DNA of 64,000 nucleotides from Sulfurospirillaceae bacterium (lineage in GTDB: Bacteria > Campylobacterota > Campylobacteria > Campylobacterales > Sulfurospirillaceae): positions 96,001 through 160,000 of the forward strand of contig JAWVXD010000004.1 in the NCBI GenBank assembly GCA_033723415.1. Reading direction: 5' to 3'. How positions within the stretch are numbered: position 1 is the first letter of the stretch; each line of letters opens with the position of its first letter. The notes below the pieces were generated by a model. That model had not been told where the DNA came from. It ran no database searches and saw nothing but the letters and a program-made list of their open reading frames with translations. The position numbers were made by a program, and so were the translations under genes. This document shows, piece by piece, positions 47,820-57,565 of the stretch.

Positions 47820-48065
47820 TTAACTCTTGGCAGAATTTTCCAATATAGCTATAACTTCATCTTTGCTCAATACTTTTCCGGTTGATTTTACTTCACCCTC
47901 AACCACGAGAGCCGGCGTATTCATAACACCATAATCCATGATCTTTTGAATATCTTCTACTTTTTCCACACTGTGAAATCCCCCGATCTGTGCAACCGCA
48001 TCTTTTACGATTTTCTCAAGTGTTTTGCATTTTGCACAACCTGTTCCTAGTACTTCTATTTTCAC
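47820..48065 (-). CDS. Small redox-active disulfide protein (TM0996/MTH895 glutaredoxin-like)
   Basis: MKIEVLGTGCAKC...YGVMNTPALVVEG; typically paired with DUF318 permeases. Confidence 0.88.
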   Translation of the reverse strand: MKIEVLGTGCAKCKTLEKIVKDAVAQIGGFHSVEKVEDIQKIMDYGVMNTPALVVEGEVKSTGKVLSKDEVIAILENSAKS

Positions 48066-48079
48066 GTTAACTCCTTTAT

Positions 48080-49024
48080 TTATAAAATTGCATTAAATAT
48101 ATAACCTATGGCGATGATACCAAGCCCAACGATTCCGAAAAACAGACTTATTAGTCTTATATGTAATATTCTTTTCAATATCATGGCCTCAGGCAGACTC
48201 AGAGCAGTAACTGCCATCATAAAGGACAATGCCGTGCCAAGGAGCATTCCTTTTGAGGTCAAGACTTGAACCAAAGGCATAATGCCTGCTGCATTTGAAT
48301 ACATAGGTATACCCATCAAAACAGCGATCAATACAGCGTAAGGATTGCTTCCTCCTGCATATTTTGCTATAAAATCAGCAGGAACGTATCCGTGGATGAA
48401 AGCTCCGACACCGACACCTATCATAACATAGATATAGATCTTTTTGAAGATATCTACCGTATAATCCCAAGCTTCTTTTACTCTTTGTTTTAAGGTCAAC
48501 TTTATCTTGACTTCGTCTAATTCACCTTCCATCAGTTTGACATCAAGTAAGATATATTTTTCCATATTCATGCGACCTATGAAAAATCCTCCAAGAATTG
48601 CCACAAGAAGACCAAATCCTATATAAATAGCCGTAATCTTCCAACCAAAAAGACCAAACAACAGCGCTATTGCTATCTCATTGTTCATAGGAGAGCTGAT
48701 GAGAAAACTAAAAGTCACCCCAAGAGGAATTCTCGCTTGAATAAATCCTAAGAAAAGAGGTATGGCACTACAACTGCAAAATGGCGTTATGATACCAAAA
48801 ACAGCGGCCAGAACATTGCCGTAAAATTGTGATTTTCCCTGCAAATGAGCTCTGACATACTCAGTATTAAAATGCGTTCTGAGATATGAAACTACAAATA
48901 TGATCACAACAAGCAAAAACCAAATCTTAATAGTGTCATAAATAAAGAAATTTACCGTTTCATTTACTCTGCCGCTTAAACCCAATATGTCAACTGTTAG
49001 AAAATCAACTGTCTCTTTCCACAT
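48080..49024 (-). CDS. arsP: ArsP/DUF318-family permease
   Basis: ITPFCSCSAIPLFLG, FSFLISSP, GIPMYSNAAG, GTALSFMMAVTALSLPE; inside the ars operon. Confidence 0.8.
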   Translation of the reverse strand: MWKETVDFLTVDILGLSGRVNETVNFFIYDTIKIWFLLVVIIFVVSYLRTHFNTEYVRAHLQGKSQFYGNVLAAVFGIITPFCSCSAIPLFLGFIQARIPLGVTFSFLISSPMNNEIAIALLFGLFGWKITAIYIGFGLLVAILGGFFIGRMNMEKYILLDVKLMEGELDEVKIKLTLKQRVKEAWDYTVDIFKKIYIYVMIGVGVGAFIHGYVPADFIAKYAGGSNPYAVLIAVLMGIPMYSNAAGIMPLVQVLTSKGMLLGTALSFMMAVTALSLPEAMILKRILHIRLISLFFGIVGLGIIAIGYIFNAIL

Positions 49025-49026
49025 CT

Positions 49027-49428
49027 TTACTCCAATATCTCTTTAATTTTTGGCAGTAATACTGCTTCGATCTCGCTATACAGCTTCTCAAATGCTTCGT
49101 ACCCTTCACCATCAGGATCTACAAATCCAACATGTATCTTTTTCACTGCTCTTGGAAACATCGGACACGTCTCTTTGGCATTATCGCAAACCGTAATCAC
49201 GAGGTCGAAGTCTTCATCAAACACTTCATCTAAAACTTTCGAGCGGTATTCATCTCTCCAAATACCGTGCTCTTCTAATACTTTTTTCGCATATTGGTTC
49301 ACTTTTCCGCTTGCCTTTACGCCGCTACTTTTTGCTTCAACACCATCTAAAAATGCGTTTATTTGGGCTTCTGCAATGATACTTCTGCAACTATTTCCGG
49401 TACATAGAACCAATACTTTTTTTATCAT
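49027..49428 (-). CDS. arsC: Arsenate reductase (LMW-PTP/thioredoxin type)
   Basis: LCTGNSCRSIIAE, ITVCDNAKETCP, FVDP. Confidence 0.92.
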   Translation of the reverse strand: MIKKVLVLCTGNSCRSIIAEAQINAFLDGVEAKSSGVKASGKVNQYAKKVLEEHGIWRDEYRSKVLDEVFDEDFDLVITVCDNAKETCPMFPRAVKKIHVGFVDPDGEGYEAFEKLYSEIEAVLLPKIKEILE

Positions 49429-49509
49429 TTAACTATCTCCTTTATCTTGGAACTCGTCCCAAGTTAAATTCCTCTCACTAAAGCTAACGCTTCGCGTAGA
49501 ATATTTCAT
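49429..49509 (-). repeat. Structured mini-ORF/RBS cassette, copy B (26-aa ORF between arsB and arsC)
   Basis: SD AAAGGAGA then ATG; MKYSTRSVSFSERNLTWDEFQDKGDS-stop; the TAA abuts the arsC ATG; homologous to 20618-20695. Confidence 0.75.
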
Positions 49510-49521
49510 TAATTGTCTCCT

Positions 49522-50775
49522 TTAAACTAAGCTCAATAGTACGATCAGTAGCACCGGAGGTGTGACCAAAAGACCAAATTTACTATACTGCCAAAATCCT
49601 ATCTTTATCCCTTTTTTTGCCAAGACATGAAGCCAGAGCAGTGTTGCCAAAGATCCAAACGGTGTCATCTTCGGACCTAGATTGCAGCCTATGATATTAG
49701 CATAAGCAAGGGCATGATTTTGTACGTGCTGCAAAGCTATATCCATTATCATAACCGTTGGCATATTGTTCATGATGGCACTTAGAAACGCAGATATAAA
49801 GCCTGTTCCTACGATAGCTACAATGTCACCTTTTTTACTAAGTTCATGCAAAATGATTGCCAAATGATCCGTCAAACCTGCATTTTTCAAACCGTAGACT
49901 ACGATATAAAGACCTATGCTAAACCATACAACCTGCCAAGGGGCATTTTTTATAGTAAGCCATGCTTTTGCGCTTTTTGTATAACTGGCTATTGCCAGGA
50001 AGACCAAGCCGCCTCCTAGCGCAAAAAGACTGATCGGAAGATGAAAATGATCCCCTATAAAATACCCGATCAACAATAAGCTCAGGAAGAACCAGCTAAA
50101 TTTAAACAATGTTTTATTTTTTAGTACGTCATCTTCATTTTTCAACAAACTTATATCTACGCTCTTTGGTATATCTTTGCGTAAGATAATCCAAAGTACC
50201 GCAATAGAAACAATCGTGCTGATAAAATATGGGAAGATCATATGTTGTAGGTACTCTAAAAATCCTATATGAAAGTAATTTGCCGTTACGATATTTGTCA
50301 AATTTGAAAATACAAAAGGCAGGGATGCACTGTCACTTATAAATCCACCCGCCAAGATAAAAGCTAAAATCGTCTTTGCATCTAACTTGAGGATTCTCAT
50401 CTTTGCCAACAAAATAGGCGTCAAGATCAATGCCGCACCATCATTTGCAAACAAAGCAGATACAAATGAACCAAGAGCCAGAGAATAAACAAACATAAGA
50501 TGTCCGTTGCCCTTTGACAGTTTTGCCATCTTTATAGCACACCATTCAAAAAAACCTATCTCATCAAGGACCATCGACAGTATGATAATCCCGACAAAAG
50601 CCAATGTGGCATCCCAAACTATTCCTGTGACTATCGCTATATCATTAAAACTTACAACGCCCAAAACCAAAGCGACTATTGCCCCAATGATGGCAGTAGT
50701 TCCTATCTGCAAGCCACGAGGTTGCCATATCACAAAAATAAGTGTTATTAAAAACAGACTACTTGCCAGTATCAT
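49522..50775 (-). CDS. arsB: Arsenite efflux pump ArsB
   Basis: VIWQPRGL, VWDATLAF, LFANDGAALILTPI, SNLTNIV, MNNMPTV, GCNLGPKMTPFGSLATLLWLHVL. Confidence 0.95.
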   Translation of the reverse strand: MILASSLFLITLIFVIWQPRGLQIGTTAIIGAIVALVLGVVSFNDIAIVTGIVWDATLAFVGIIILSMVLDEIGFFEWCAIKMAKLSKGNGHLMFVYSLALGSFVSALFANDGAALILTPILLAKMRILKLDAKTILAFILAGGFISDSASLPFVFSNLTNIVTANYFHIGFLEYLQHMIFPYFISTIVSIAVLWIILRKDIPKSVDISLLKNEDDVLKNKTLFKFSWFFLSLLLIGYFIGDHFHLPISLFALGGGLVFLAIASYTKSAKAWLTIKNAPWQVVWFSIGLYIVVYGLKNAGLTDHLAIILHELSKKGDIVAIVGTGFISAFLSAIMNNMPTVMIMDIALQHVQNHALAYANIIGCNLGPKMTPFGSLATLLWLHVLAKKGIKIGFWQYSKFGLLVTPPVLLIVLLSLV

Positions 50776-51082
50776 CTACAACACACACATTATTAAGTTT
50801 TGGAATATTTAATTCTAAGTAGCTTATCTCTTCTAAGATAGCTTGCCTAAAAGCATCTAGTGGTTTTCTTATACTGTAATACGCCCATCTCCCTCTACGT
50901 TCAACTCTCAAAAAACCTGCATCTTTTAGAATTTTCAGATGTCTGGAAATACGAGATTGGATCATATCAAAGGAACTTTCTATGTCACATACGCATACTT
51001 CACCGTAAACGTCTATAAATCTAAGAATTTGTACTCTGGTTTCGTCATTTATCGCACCGGCAGTTTTTAAAAATATATCCAT
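50759..51082 (-). CDS. arsR: ArsR/SmtB-family repressor
   Basis: DETRVQIL, EVCVCDI, QSRISRHLKILKDAG, RRGRWAYY. Confidence 0.93.
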   Translation of the reverse strand: MDIFLKTAGAINDETRVQILRFIDVYGEVCVCDIESSFDMIQSRISRHLKILKDAGFLRVERRGRWAYYSIRKPLDAFRQAILEEISYLELNIPKLNNVCVVDDTGK

Positions 51083-51116
51083 ATACTTGCCTTCTTTTGA
51101 AAAATTTTTAGCAGTA

Positions 51117-51172
51117 TATCATAATTATTACAACATATCAAGATATATTGATATGTTGTAATAATTATGATA
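51117..51172. promoter_or_regulatory. Perfect 56-bp palindrome (25-bp arms), probable ArsR operator region
   Basis: TATCATAATTATTACAACATATCAA-gatata-TTGATATGTTGTAATAATTATGATA. Confidence 0.7.
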
Positions 51173-51256
51173 ATTTATTAAGTCTTTTTAAATACTAATA
51201 AAAGTATTATACGATTTAAAATTTATATTCTCTCCAGATGCTAAAAGGATAATTCT

Positions 51257-52945
51257 ATGAAATTAGCTACCAAAACGTTACTTGTTGTTTTATTATTTTT
51301 AACACTAACAGCTTCATCTATAGTCGCTATTTCTGCGTACTTCAGTTATAGAGACACAAGAACATTCAGCCATAATTTTGAAGCACAGATACATAAACAA
51401 ACGCGAGAAAAGGTTAAAACCGAGATAGATATAGCCATAAGTACAGCTCAGACTATTTATGATAAAGAAACAAAAGCCGGAGTCAAAGATGAAGAGATCA
51501 AAAAGAATATCAAAGATGCACTAAGAGGTATCACTTTTGACAACGGAGTAGGATACTTTTTTGCCTATGCGCATAACGGAGATAGAGTTTTTCACAATAA
51601 ATTACCGGCAACTGAAGGAAAAAATTATATCAACCTTGAAGATTCACATGGTACACAGATCGTTAAAGAATTAATAAAAGCTGCACAAAACGGCGGAGGA
51701 TTCGTTACATATTATTTTCCTAAAGAAAAAGGAGGAACTCCTTATCCAAAACTTAGCTATACAAAAGATTTCAAACCTTACGGCTGGGCGATCGGTACAG
51801 GAGAATACATAGATGGTATTGACGCAAAGATGAAAAAAGTTGATGCAAATGCACAAGAATCATTTTTGCATAATATGTATGTCTTCATCTCTATAATTAT
51901 TATCTGTGCAATTTTTGGATCTATCGTTATTTATTTCTTGCTAAAATTCATCCTGTCAAAACCTCTATTTGAATTAGCAGAAACCACTAAAGACTTAGCA
52001 AGCGGCGATGGAGATCTAACAAAAAAATTAAAAATCAAAGGCAATGATGAGATATCAATAGCCAGCAAAGAGATAAATAACTTTATAGAAAAAGTAAGAG
52101 TCATGACAGAAAATGCAAAATCTCTCTCAGCTGAAAATTCATCTATATCCAATGAGCTCTCAAATACATCTTTAGAAGTCGGAAAACTAGTAGAAAATTC
52201 AACAAAACTTGTAAATACCACTACTGAAAAAGCAAGCCTTATCTATAAAGATATGTCAGAAAGTATAGAAGAAGCGAAAGTAGCAAAAGAAGATTTGGAA
52301 AATGCCAATACTTCTCTAGGCGGTGCAAGCGAAGCCATCTTGAAACTCACTAAAGACATCCAAGACAGTGCTGCACTAGAGATAGAAATGGCAGAGAAAA
52401 TTCAACAATTAAGCACTGATGCAGAACAGGTAAAACAAGTTTTAAGCGTGATTAGCGATATAGCCGAGCAAACAAATCTTCTAGCGCTAAATGCAGCCAT
52501 TGAAGCAGCTCGTGCAGGTGAACACGGTAGAGGCTTTGCCGTAGTTGCCGATGAAGTAAGAAAACTGGCAGAGAGAACACAAAAATCATTATCAGAAATA
52601 AATGCTACCATCAATGTCATAGTTCAGGCTATAACAGAATCTAGTCACCAGATGACACTAAATTCAAAAAATGTAGAAGAGCTTAGTCAGACTGCTTTTG
52701 GTGTAGAAAAGAAGATCAATGACCTGTCTGATGTTATGGTAAAAGCAAATAACATGGCTGAAAACAGTGTCGATAAATATATTCAAAGCGGCAACAGCAT
52801 CAAAGAGATCATAGGAAATATAGAAGAAGTAAATAAGATCTCAACGAAAAATACAAGAAGCATAGAAGAGATAGCGAGTGCAGCAGAACATATGAATGAT
52901 ATGACAGAAACACTCAAGAACAAATTATCAGAATTTAGAACTTGA
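51257..52945 (+). CDS. Methyl-accepting chemotaxis protein with single Cache sensor domain
   Basis: TM-Cache ([27 protein letters not shown])-[47 protein letters not shown]. Confidence 0.95.
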   Translation: MKLATKTLLVVLLFLTLTASSIVAISAYFSYRDTRTFSHNFEAQIHKQTREKVKTEIDIAISTAQTIYDKETKAGVKDEEIKKNIKDALRGITFDNGVGYFFAYAHNGDRVFHNKLPATEGKNYINLEDSHGTQIVKELIKAAQNGGGFVTYYFPKEKGGTPYPKLSYTKDFKPYGWAIGTGEYIDGIDAKMKKVDANAQESFLHNMYVFISIIIICAIFGSIVIYFLLKFILSKPLFELAETTKDLASGDGDLTKKLKIKGNDEISIASKEINNFIEKVRVMTENAKSLSAENSSISNELSNTSLEVGKLVENSTKLVNTTTEKASLIYKDMSESIEEAKVAKEDLENANTSLGGASEAILKLTKDIQDSAALEIEMAEKIQQLSTDAEQVKQVLSVISDIAEQTNLLALNAAIEAARAGEHGRGFAVVADEVRKLAERTQKSLSEINATINVIVQAITESSHQMTLNSKNVEELSQTAFGVEKKINDLSDVMVKANNMAENSVDKYIQSGNSIKEIIGNIEEVNKISTKNTRSIEEIASAAEHMNDMTETLKNKLSEFRT

Positions 52946-52953
52946 TAAGAGTT

Positions 52954-53376
52954 TTATAGATTAGTTAAATTTTTAAATATTATCTTGAGAGCTTTTATAT
53001 TAGCTCTCAACATATCATCACTTACTCCTGATAATATCTCTTTTCGTAAATTATTTAAAACGATTTTTGAATCTTCAAATTTTTCCTGCCCGTTTTTTGT
53101 AAAATGCACTATTTTTGCCCTTTTGTCGGTAGGATGCTCCATTCTCTCGATCCATCCGTCTTCTTCTAAAGTATTTAACAATCTTGCAAGTGTAGAATTT
53201 TCTATTGAGAGAAATTTAGCTAATTCATTTTGAACAATTCCGTCTTTATGGCGACTAAGTAACAACATAGCTGACCATTTTGCATAACTCAACCCTAAAG
53301 GCTTCAGTCTTTCACTTAAAGACATCTTCCATAATCTAGCAGTATCGCCCATCAATTGACCAAATTCTTCTTTCAT
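52954..53376 (-). CDS. MarR/SlyA-family regulator
   Basis: Start ATG 53376 behind GGAGA; QNELAKFLSIENSTLARLLNTLEEDGWIER...DKRAK. Confidence 0.9.
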   Translation of the reverse strand: MKEEFGQLMGDTARLWKMSLSERLKPLGLSYAKWSAMLLLSRHKDGIVQNELAKFLSIENSTLARLLNTLEEDGWIERMEHPTDKRAKIVHFTKNGQEKFEDSKIVLNNLRKEILSGVSDDMLRANIKALKIIFKNLTNL

Positions 53377-53443
53377 TTTGCATTCTCCAATTTTTCTTAA
53401 ACAATATTTTACATAAATAATGCTAAAATCCAGTTTTAATTTA

Positions 53444-53458
53444 GTTAGCAATGCTAAC
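53444..53458. promoter_or_regulatory. Candidate MarR/SlyA operator
   Basis: GTTAGCA-a-TGCTAAC between the divergent marR and emrA genes; resembles the SlyA box TTAGCAAGCTAA. Confidence 0.6.
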
Positions 53459-53476
53459 AATATACAAGGATTTAAA

Positions 53477-54622
53477 TTGTCTGAAAAAGAAATCAAAAAC
53501 AACAAAAAAAGAAATAATATCTTAATATTCTTAGCTTTATTTTTTATCTCAGCAGGTATAGGATATAGCATATATTACTATCTATACGCACAATTTTATG
53601 AATCGACCGACAATGCTTATGCCAAACAAAACATAGTATATGTAACACCTCAGATCAGCGGTATTGTGGACAAAGTATACGTAAATGAAACTCAATATGT
53701 CAAACGAGGACAATTGCTGGCAAGGCTTGACGATAGAGATCTAAACTTGACATTTGAACAGGCAAAGACAAATCTTGCAAATACGGTAAGAGATATCAGT
53801 AAACTTTATAAACAAAAAGAATCGGCTCTCTCTTCGTTAAAGCTGGCAAAGATCAATTTGCAAAAAGCAACCGATGATTTGAGAAGGAAAGAATATCTCA
53901 AAAAATCTCATGCGATTTCCGATGAAATGTATCAAGATTTCAAATATGCTTATGACAAAGCTTCGCAAAATCTGGATATTGCACAAAAACAAGTTGCAGA
54001 GTTAAACTCTATTTTGAAAAATGACAATATATATGATGATCCACAAATCAAAAAAGCAGCTGTTGAAGTCGAGCGAAGTTATTTAAATCTTAAAAGAAGT
54101 AATATAATGGCCCCAACTAGTGGGATCATAGCTCAAAAAAGACTGAGTGATGGAGAGTATGTCGGCGTATCATCAACACTGTTTGCAATAGTTCCCACAA
54201 ATGGATTTTGGGTAGATGCTAACTTTAAAGAAACTCAATTGAACCATATAAGGATAGGTCAAAGTGTCAAACTATACTCCGATCTATACGGTGAGAAAGT
54301 GGAATATCATGGCAAGGTCGAGGGTATAAATCCAGGTACAGGAGCAGTCTTTTCACTTATTCCTGCACAAAATGCTACCGGCAATTGGATCAAGATCGTA
54401 CAGAGGATTCCGGTTCGTATAAAACTAGATCCGAAAGAGTTGGCAAAACATCCTCTTCATGTAGGAAATTCAATGCAGGTTACAGTTGATGTTCACAATC
54501 AAAAAGGTGCAATTTATAGTACGACATCAAGTAACTCACATAATTCTTCATCGAGACTTTATCAAGATTCTATAAAAGAATCCAATGTGATAGTAAATAA
54601 AATTATTAAGCAAAATTTGTGA
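53477..54622 (+). CDS. emrA: EmrA-family efflux membrane-fusion protein
   Basis: TTG start behind AAGGA; STDNAY, WVDANFKETQL, GTGAVFSLIPAQNATGNWIKIVQRIPVRI. Confidence 0.9.
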   Translation: MSEKEIKNNKKRNNILIFLALFFISAGIGYSIYYYLYAQFYESTDNAYAKQNIVYVTPQISGIVDKVYVNETQYVKRGQLLARLDDRDLNLTFEQAKTNLANTVRDISKLYKQKESALSSLKLAKINLQKATDDLRRKEYLKKSHAISDEMYQDFKYAYDKASQNLDIAQKQVAELNSILKNDNIYDDPQIKKAAVEVERSYLNLKRSNIMAPTSGIIAQKRLSDGEYVGVSSTLFAIVPTNGFWVDANFKETQLNHIRIGQSVKLYSDLYGEKVEYHGKVEGINPGTGAVFSLIPAQNATGNWIKIVQRIPVRIKLDPKELAKHPLHVGNSMQVTVDVHNQKGAIYSTTSSNSHNSSSRLYQDSIKESNVIVNKIIKQNL

Positions 54623-56136
54623 ATAAATACGAACAGTTCCCGATACCGCTTCTTGCAGTCTTAACACTATTTTTAGCACTTGCTACATTTATGCAGGTGC
54701 TTGATACGACTATTGCAAATGTCTCGATACCAACGATAGCAGGAGATCTAGGAGTTACTCCTACCAAGGGTACTTGGGTTATCACAGCCTTTGCGGTATC
54801 AAATGCAATAGCCATGCCCCTTACCGGTTGGTTGGCAAAACGTTTTGGAGAAGTGAGACTTTTTGTATTTTCAACAGGACTGTTCTCCCTCACCTCTATG
54901 TTATGCGGAATGGCTCCAAATTATCAGCTGCTCATATTCGGAAGAGTTCTTCAAGGTGCAGTCGCAGCTCCTATGATGCCTCTGTCTCAAAGTTTATTGT
55001 TGTCAAATTACCCTGCACATAAAAAAGGTTTGGCTCTTGCTTTTTGGTCTATGACGGCAACTTTAGGACCGATCGCAGGTCCGCTTTTGGGTGGATATAT
55101 AACCGACAATTTTACCTGGCCTTGGATTTTTTATATCAATGTACCTATAGGGTTGCTAAGTGCATTTATAGTCTGGCAGATGCTAAAAGACAGAGAAACA
55201 AAAATAGCTAAATTCCCTATAGATTATATTGGGCTAGGACTTCTTATAGTAGGTGTAGGCTGTCTGCAGATCATGCTCGATAAAGGCAATGAGCTTGACT
55301 GGTTCTCATCTCCGACAATCATAATACTTTGCGTCATAACCGTCATTTCCATATCCTTTTTTATCGTTTGGGAACTTTTTGACAAACATCCTGTCATAGA
55401 TCTTATGTTATTCAAAAGCAGAAACTTTACAATAGGCGCCATATCTCTAAGTCTGGGATACACTATCTTTTTGGGAGGAGGAGTAGTTTTTCCGTTGTGG
55501 CTTCAAACACAGCTTGGGTACACTGCTTTCTGGGCAGGTTTTGCCTCAGCAACAGTCGGAATTTTTGCTTTTTTATTTTCTCCTATAGTCGGAAGCAATA
55601 TGCATCGCCTTAACTTGAGGGTGCTTGTGACTATCAGCTTTATACTTTTTGGGATAAGTTATTATTGGATGTCAAACTTTACGACAGAGATAGATCTTTT
55701 CCATGCATCGGTACCTAGACTTCTTATGGGAGCGGCTATGAGTATGTATTTTGTACCTTTGACCGCTATCATATTGTCAGAACTTGATCAAGCACACACC
55801 GCATCTGCCATGGGACTCGTAAATTTCTTGAGAATTTTAGGTGGTGGTCTTGGAACTTCCATAGCCGTTACGTTTTGGGAGAGATGGGGCAAATATCACC
55901 ATGCTATCCTTTCAGAACAGATAAATATGTTCTCACATACTACACAGACTGCACTCACTGCTATAAAACATGCTTCTGTCCCGGCATTGCCGATCATAGA
56001 TCATCTTATAACGCAGCAAGCAATGACTAGGTCAAATGATGATATTTTATTACTCTCAAGCTATGCATTTGGCGGACTTATTTTATTGATATGGTTTGCT
56101 AAACCGCCGTTTATGCCTTCACATCCTAAGCGCTAA
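54619..56136 (+). CDS. emrB: EmrB/DHA2-family MFS efflux permease
   Basis: FMQVLDTTIANVSIPTIAG, WVITAF, GPLLGGYITDN..WPWIFYINVP, LDKGNELDWF. Confidence 0.92.
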   Translation: MNKYEQFPIPLLAVLTLFLALATFMQVLDTTIANVSIPTIAGDLGVTPTKGTWVITAFAVSNAIAMPLTGWLAKRFGEVRLFVFSTGLFSLTSMLCGMAPNYQLLIFGRVLQGAVAAPMMPLSQSLLLSNYPAHKKGLALAFWSMTATLGPIAGPLLGGYITDNFTWPWIFYINVPIGLLSAFIVWQMLKDRETKIAKFPIDYIGLGLLIVGVGCLQIMLDKGNELDWFSSPTIIILCVITVISISFFIVWELFDKHPVIDLMLFKSRNFTIGAISLSLGYTIFLGGGVVFPLWLQTQLGYTAFWAGFASATVGIFAFLFSPIVGSNMHRLNLRVLVTISFILFGISYYWMSNFTTEIDLFHASVPRLLMGAAMSMYFVPLTAIILSELDQAHTASAMGLVNFLRILGGGLGTSIAVTFWERWGKYHHAILSEQINMFSHTTQTALTAIKHASVPALPIIDHLITQQAMTRSNDDILLLSSYAFGGLILLIWFAKPPFMPSHPKR

Positions 56137-56144
56137 GAGTAAAA

Positions 56145-57287
56145 ATGAAAAAGAGAGAATTGGCAATTTTAGTTTATATTATAACTATCTCTCTTTCCGT
56201 CATGTACGCAACACAGCCTCTTCAGCCTCTTCTTGCAAAAGTATTTAAAGTTGATGTCGTAAAAGCATCCGCATTTACAGCCGTCATGCTCTTTTCATTG
56301 GCGATTGCTCCTATCATATATGGATATATTTTAGAGAGTTTTTCGGCAAAAAAGATGCTCCAACTTGCTACTACTATACTTTTTGTCACAAACATATTTC
56401 TAGGGTTAAGCAATAATTATGAAACATTTCTGGCTATAAGAATAATCGAGGGTTTAGTAATACCTGCTATTCTGACTTCTGTCATGAGCATCTTGGCAAA
56501 CTTAGATAAAGAAAATGTAAAATTTAATATGTCAGTTTATGTCGCTTCGACTGTTTTTGGAGGTATCATAGGAAGAGTAGCATCAGGTTTCATAGCAACA
56601 AATTTTGGATGGAGAATCGTTTTTATATCACTCTCCGTGGAGCTGTTATTTGCGCTTTATTTTGTGCATAAGATCAGCTATAGCGGTGAAGCTAAACTTG
56701 TTAGAGCCAACATATCAGATGTCATCTCAATCCTGAAAGACCGAAGATTTACAACCGTTTATCTGTTGATGTTTACTATATTTTTTGTATTTGGAGGTCT
56801 TTTAAATATTTTACCTTTTAGGATTAAAGAGATAAATCCAAACAGCACAGAAGCTCAAATAGGTCTAATGTACCTTGGATATAGTACAGGTATAGTAGTC
56901 TCTTTGTTTTCTCATAAAATCGTAAAGTTTTTTAAAACAGAAATAAGAACTATTATCGCGGCTACTTTATTTTTTAATGTTATCGTTATATTTTTTGCTA
57001 CTAGAAACACTACTGTTATATTTTTACTCTTATTTATATTTTGTGTGGGAATGTTTACTATACACTCTATCTCTTCAGGTTTGGCAAACTCCATACGTGC
57101 AGACAAAAGATCTATCACTTCCGGCATGTATTTGACCTTTTATTATATAGGTGGTTCTCTTGGCTCAATAGTACCTGCTATGATCTATCAAAATCTGGGA
57201 TGGAATACTACGATATTTATATTTGCCGCTATTTTATTTTTTATTTTCATGTTTGTTGTCTATAGCAGAAAATATTTCAGACAGTAA
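56145..57287 (+). CDS. MFS transporter (YnfM-like)
   Basis: MYATQPLQP, YVASTVFGGIIGR, SGMYLTFYYIGGSLG; 12-TM pattern. Confidence 0.85.
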   Translation: MKKRELAILVYIITISLSVMYATQPLQPLLAKVFKVDVVKASAFTAVMLFSLAIAPIIYGYILESFSAKKMLQLATTILFVTNIFLGLSNNYETFLAIRIIEGLVIPAILTSVMSILANLDKENVKFNMSVYVASTVFGGIIGRVASGFIATNFGWRIVFISLSVELLFALYFVHKISYSGEAKLVRANISDVISILKDRRFTTVYLLMFTIFFVFGGLLNILPFRIKEINPNSTEAQIGLMYLGYSTGIVVSLFSHKIVKFFKTEIRTIIAATLFFNVIVIFFATRNTTVIFLLLFIFCVGMFTIHSISSGLANSIRADKRSITSGMYLTFYYIGGSLGSIVPAMIYQNLGWNTTIFIFAAILFFIFMFVVYSRKYFRQ

Positions 57288-57565
57288 AAATACTATATTC
57301 TCCTTCTACAGCTCCTTTTAAGTAAAAATTAAGTAAAATGCTTGCCAATTCAGAACTTCTTATGGAACTTCTTCAAAACCTGCCGAGATTTGGTTAATAC
57401 CGAGCGAGTATGTAGGTTTTTGCATACTAGTTTACCGGGTTAACAAAACACAAAATAACTCAAAATTTTTATGTAGTAAAGTATTGCTTTACAAATATAT
57501 TCTTTAATATAGTTTTGAAAAATAAAACACATGAAAAAATAAGATTTTTTCAAATAGGAAACAAA

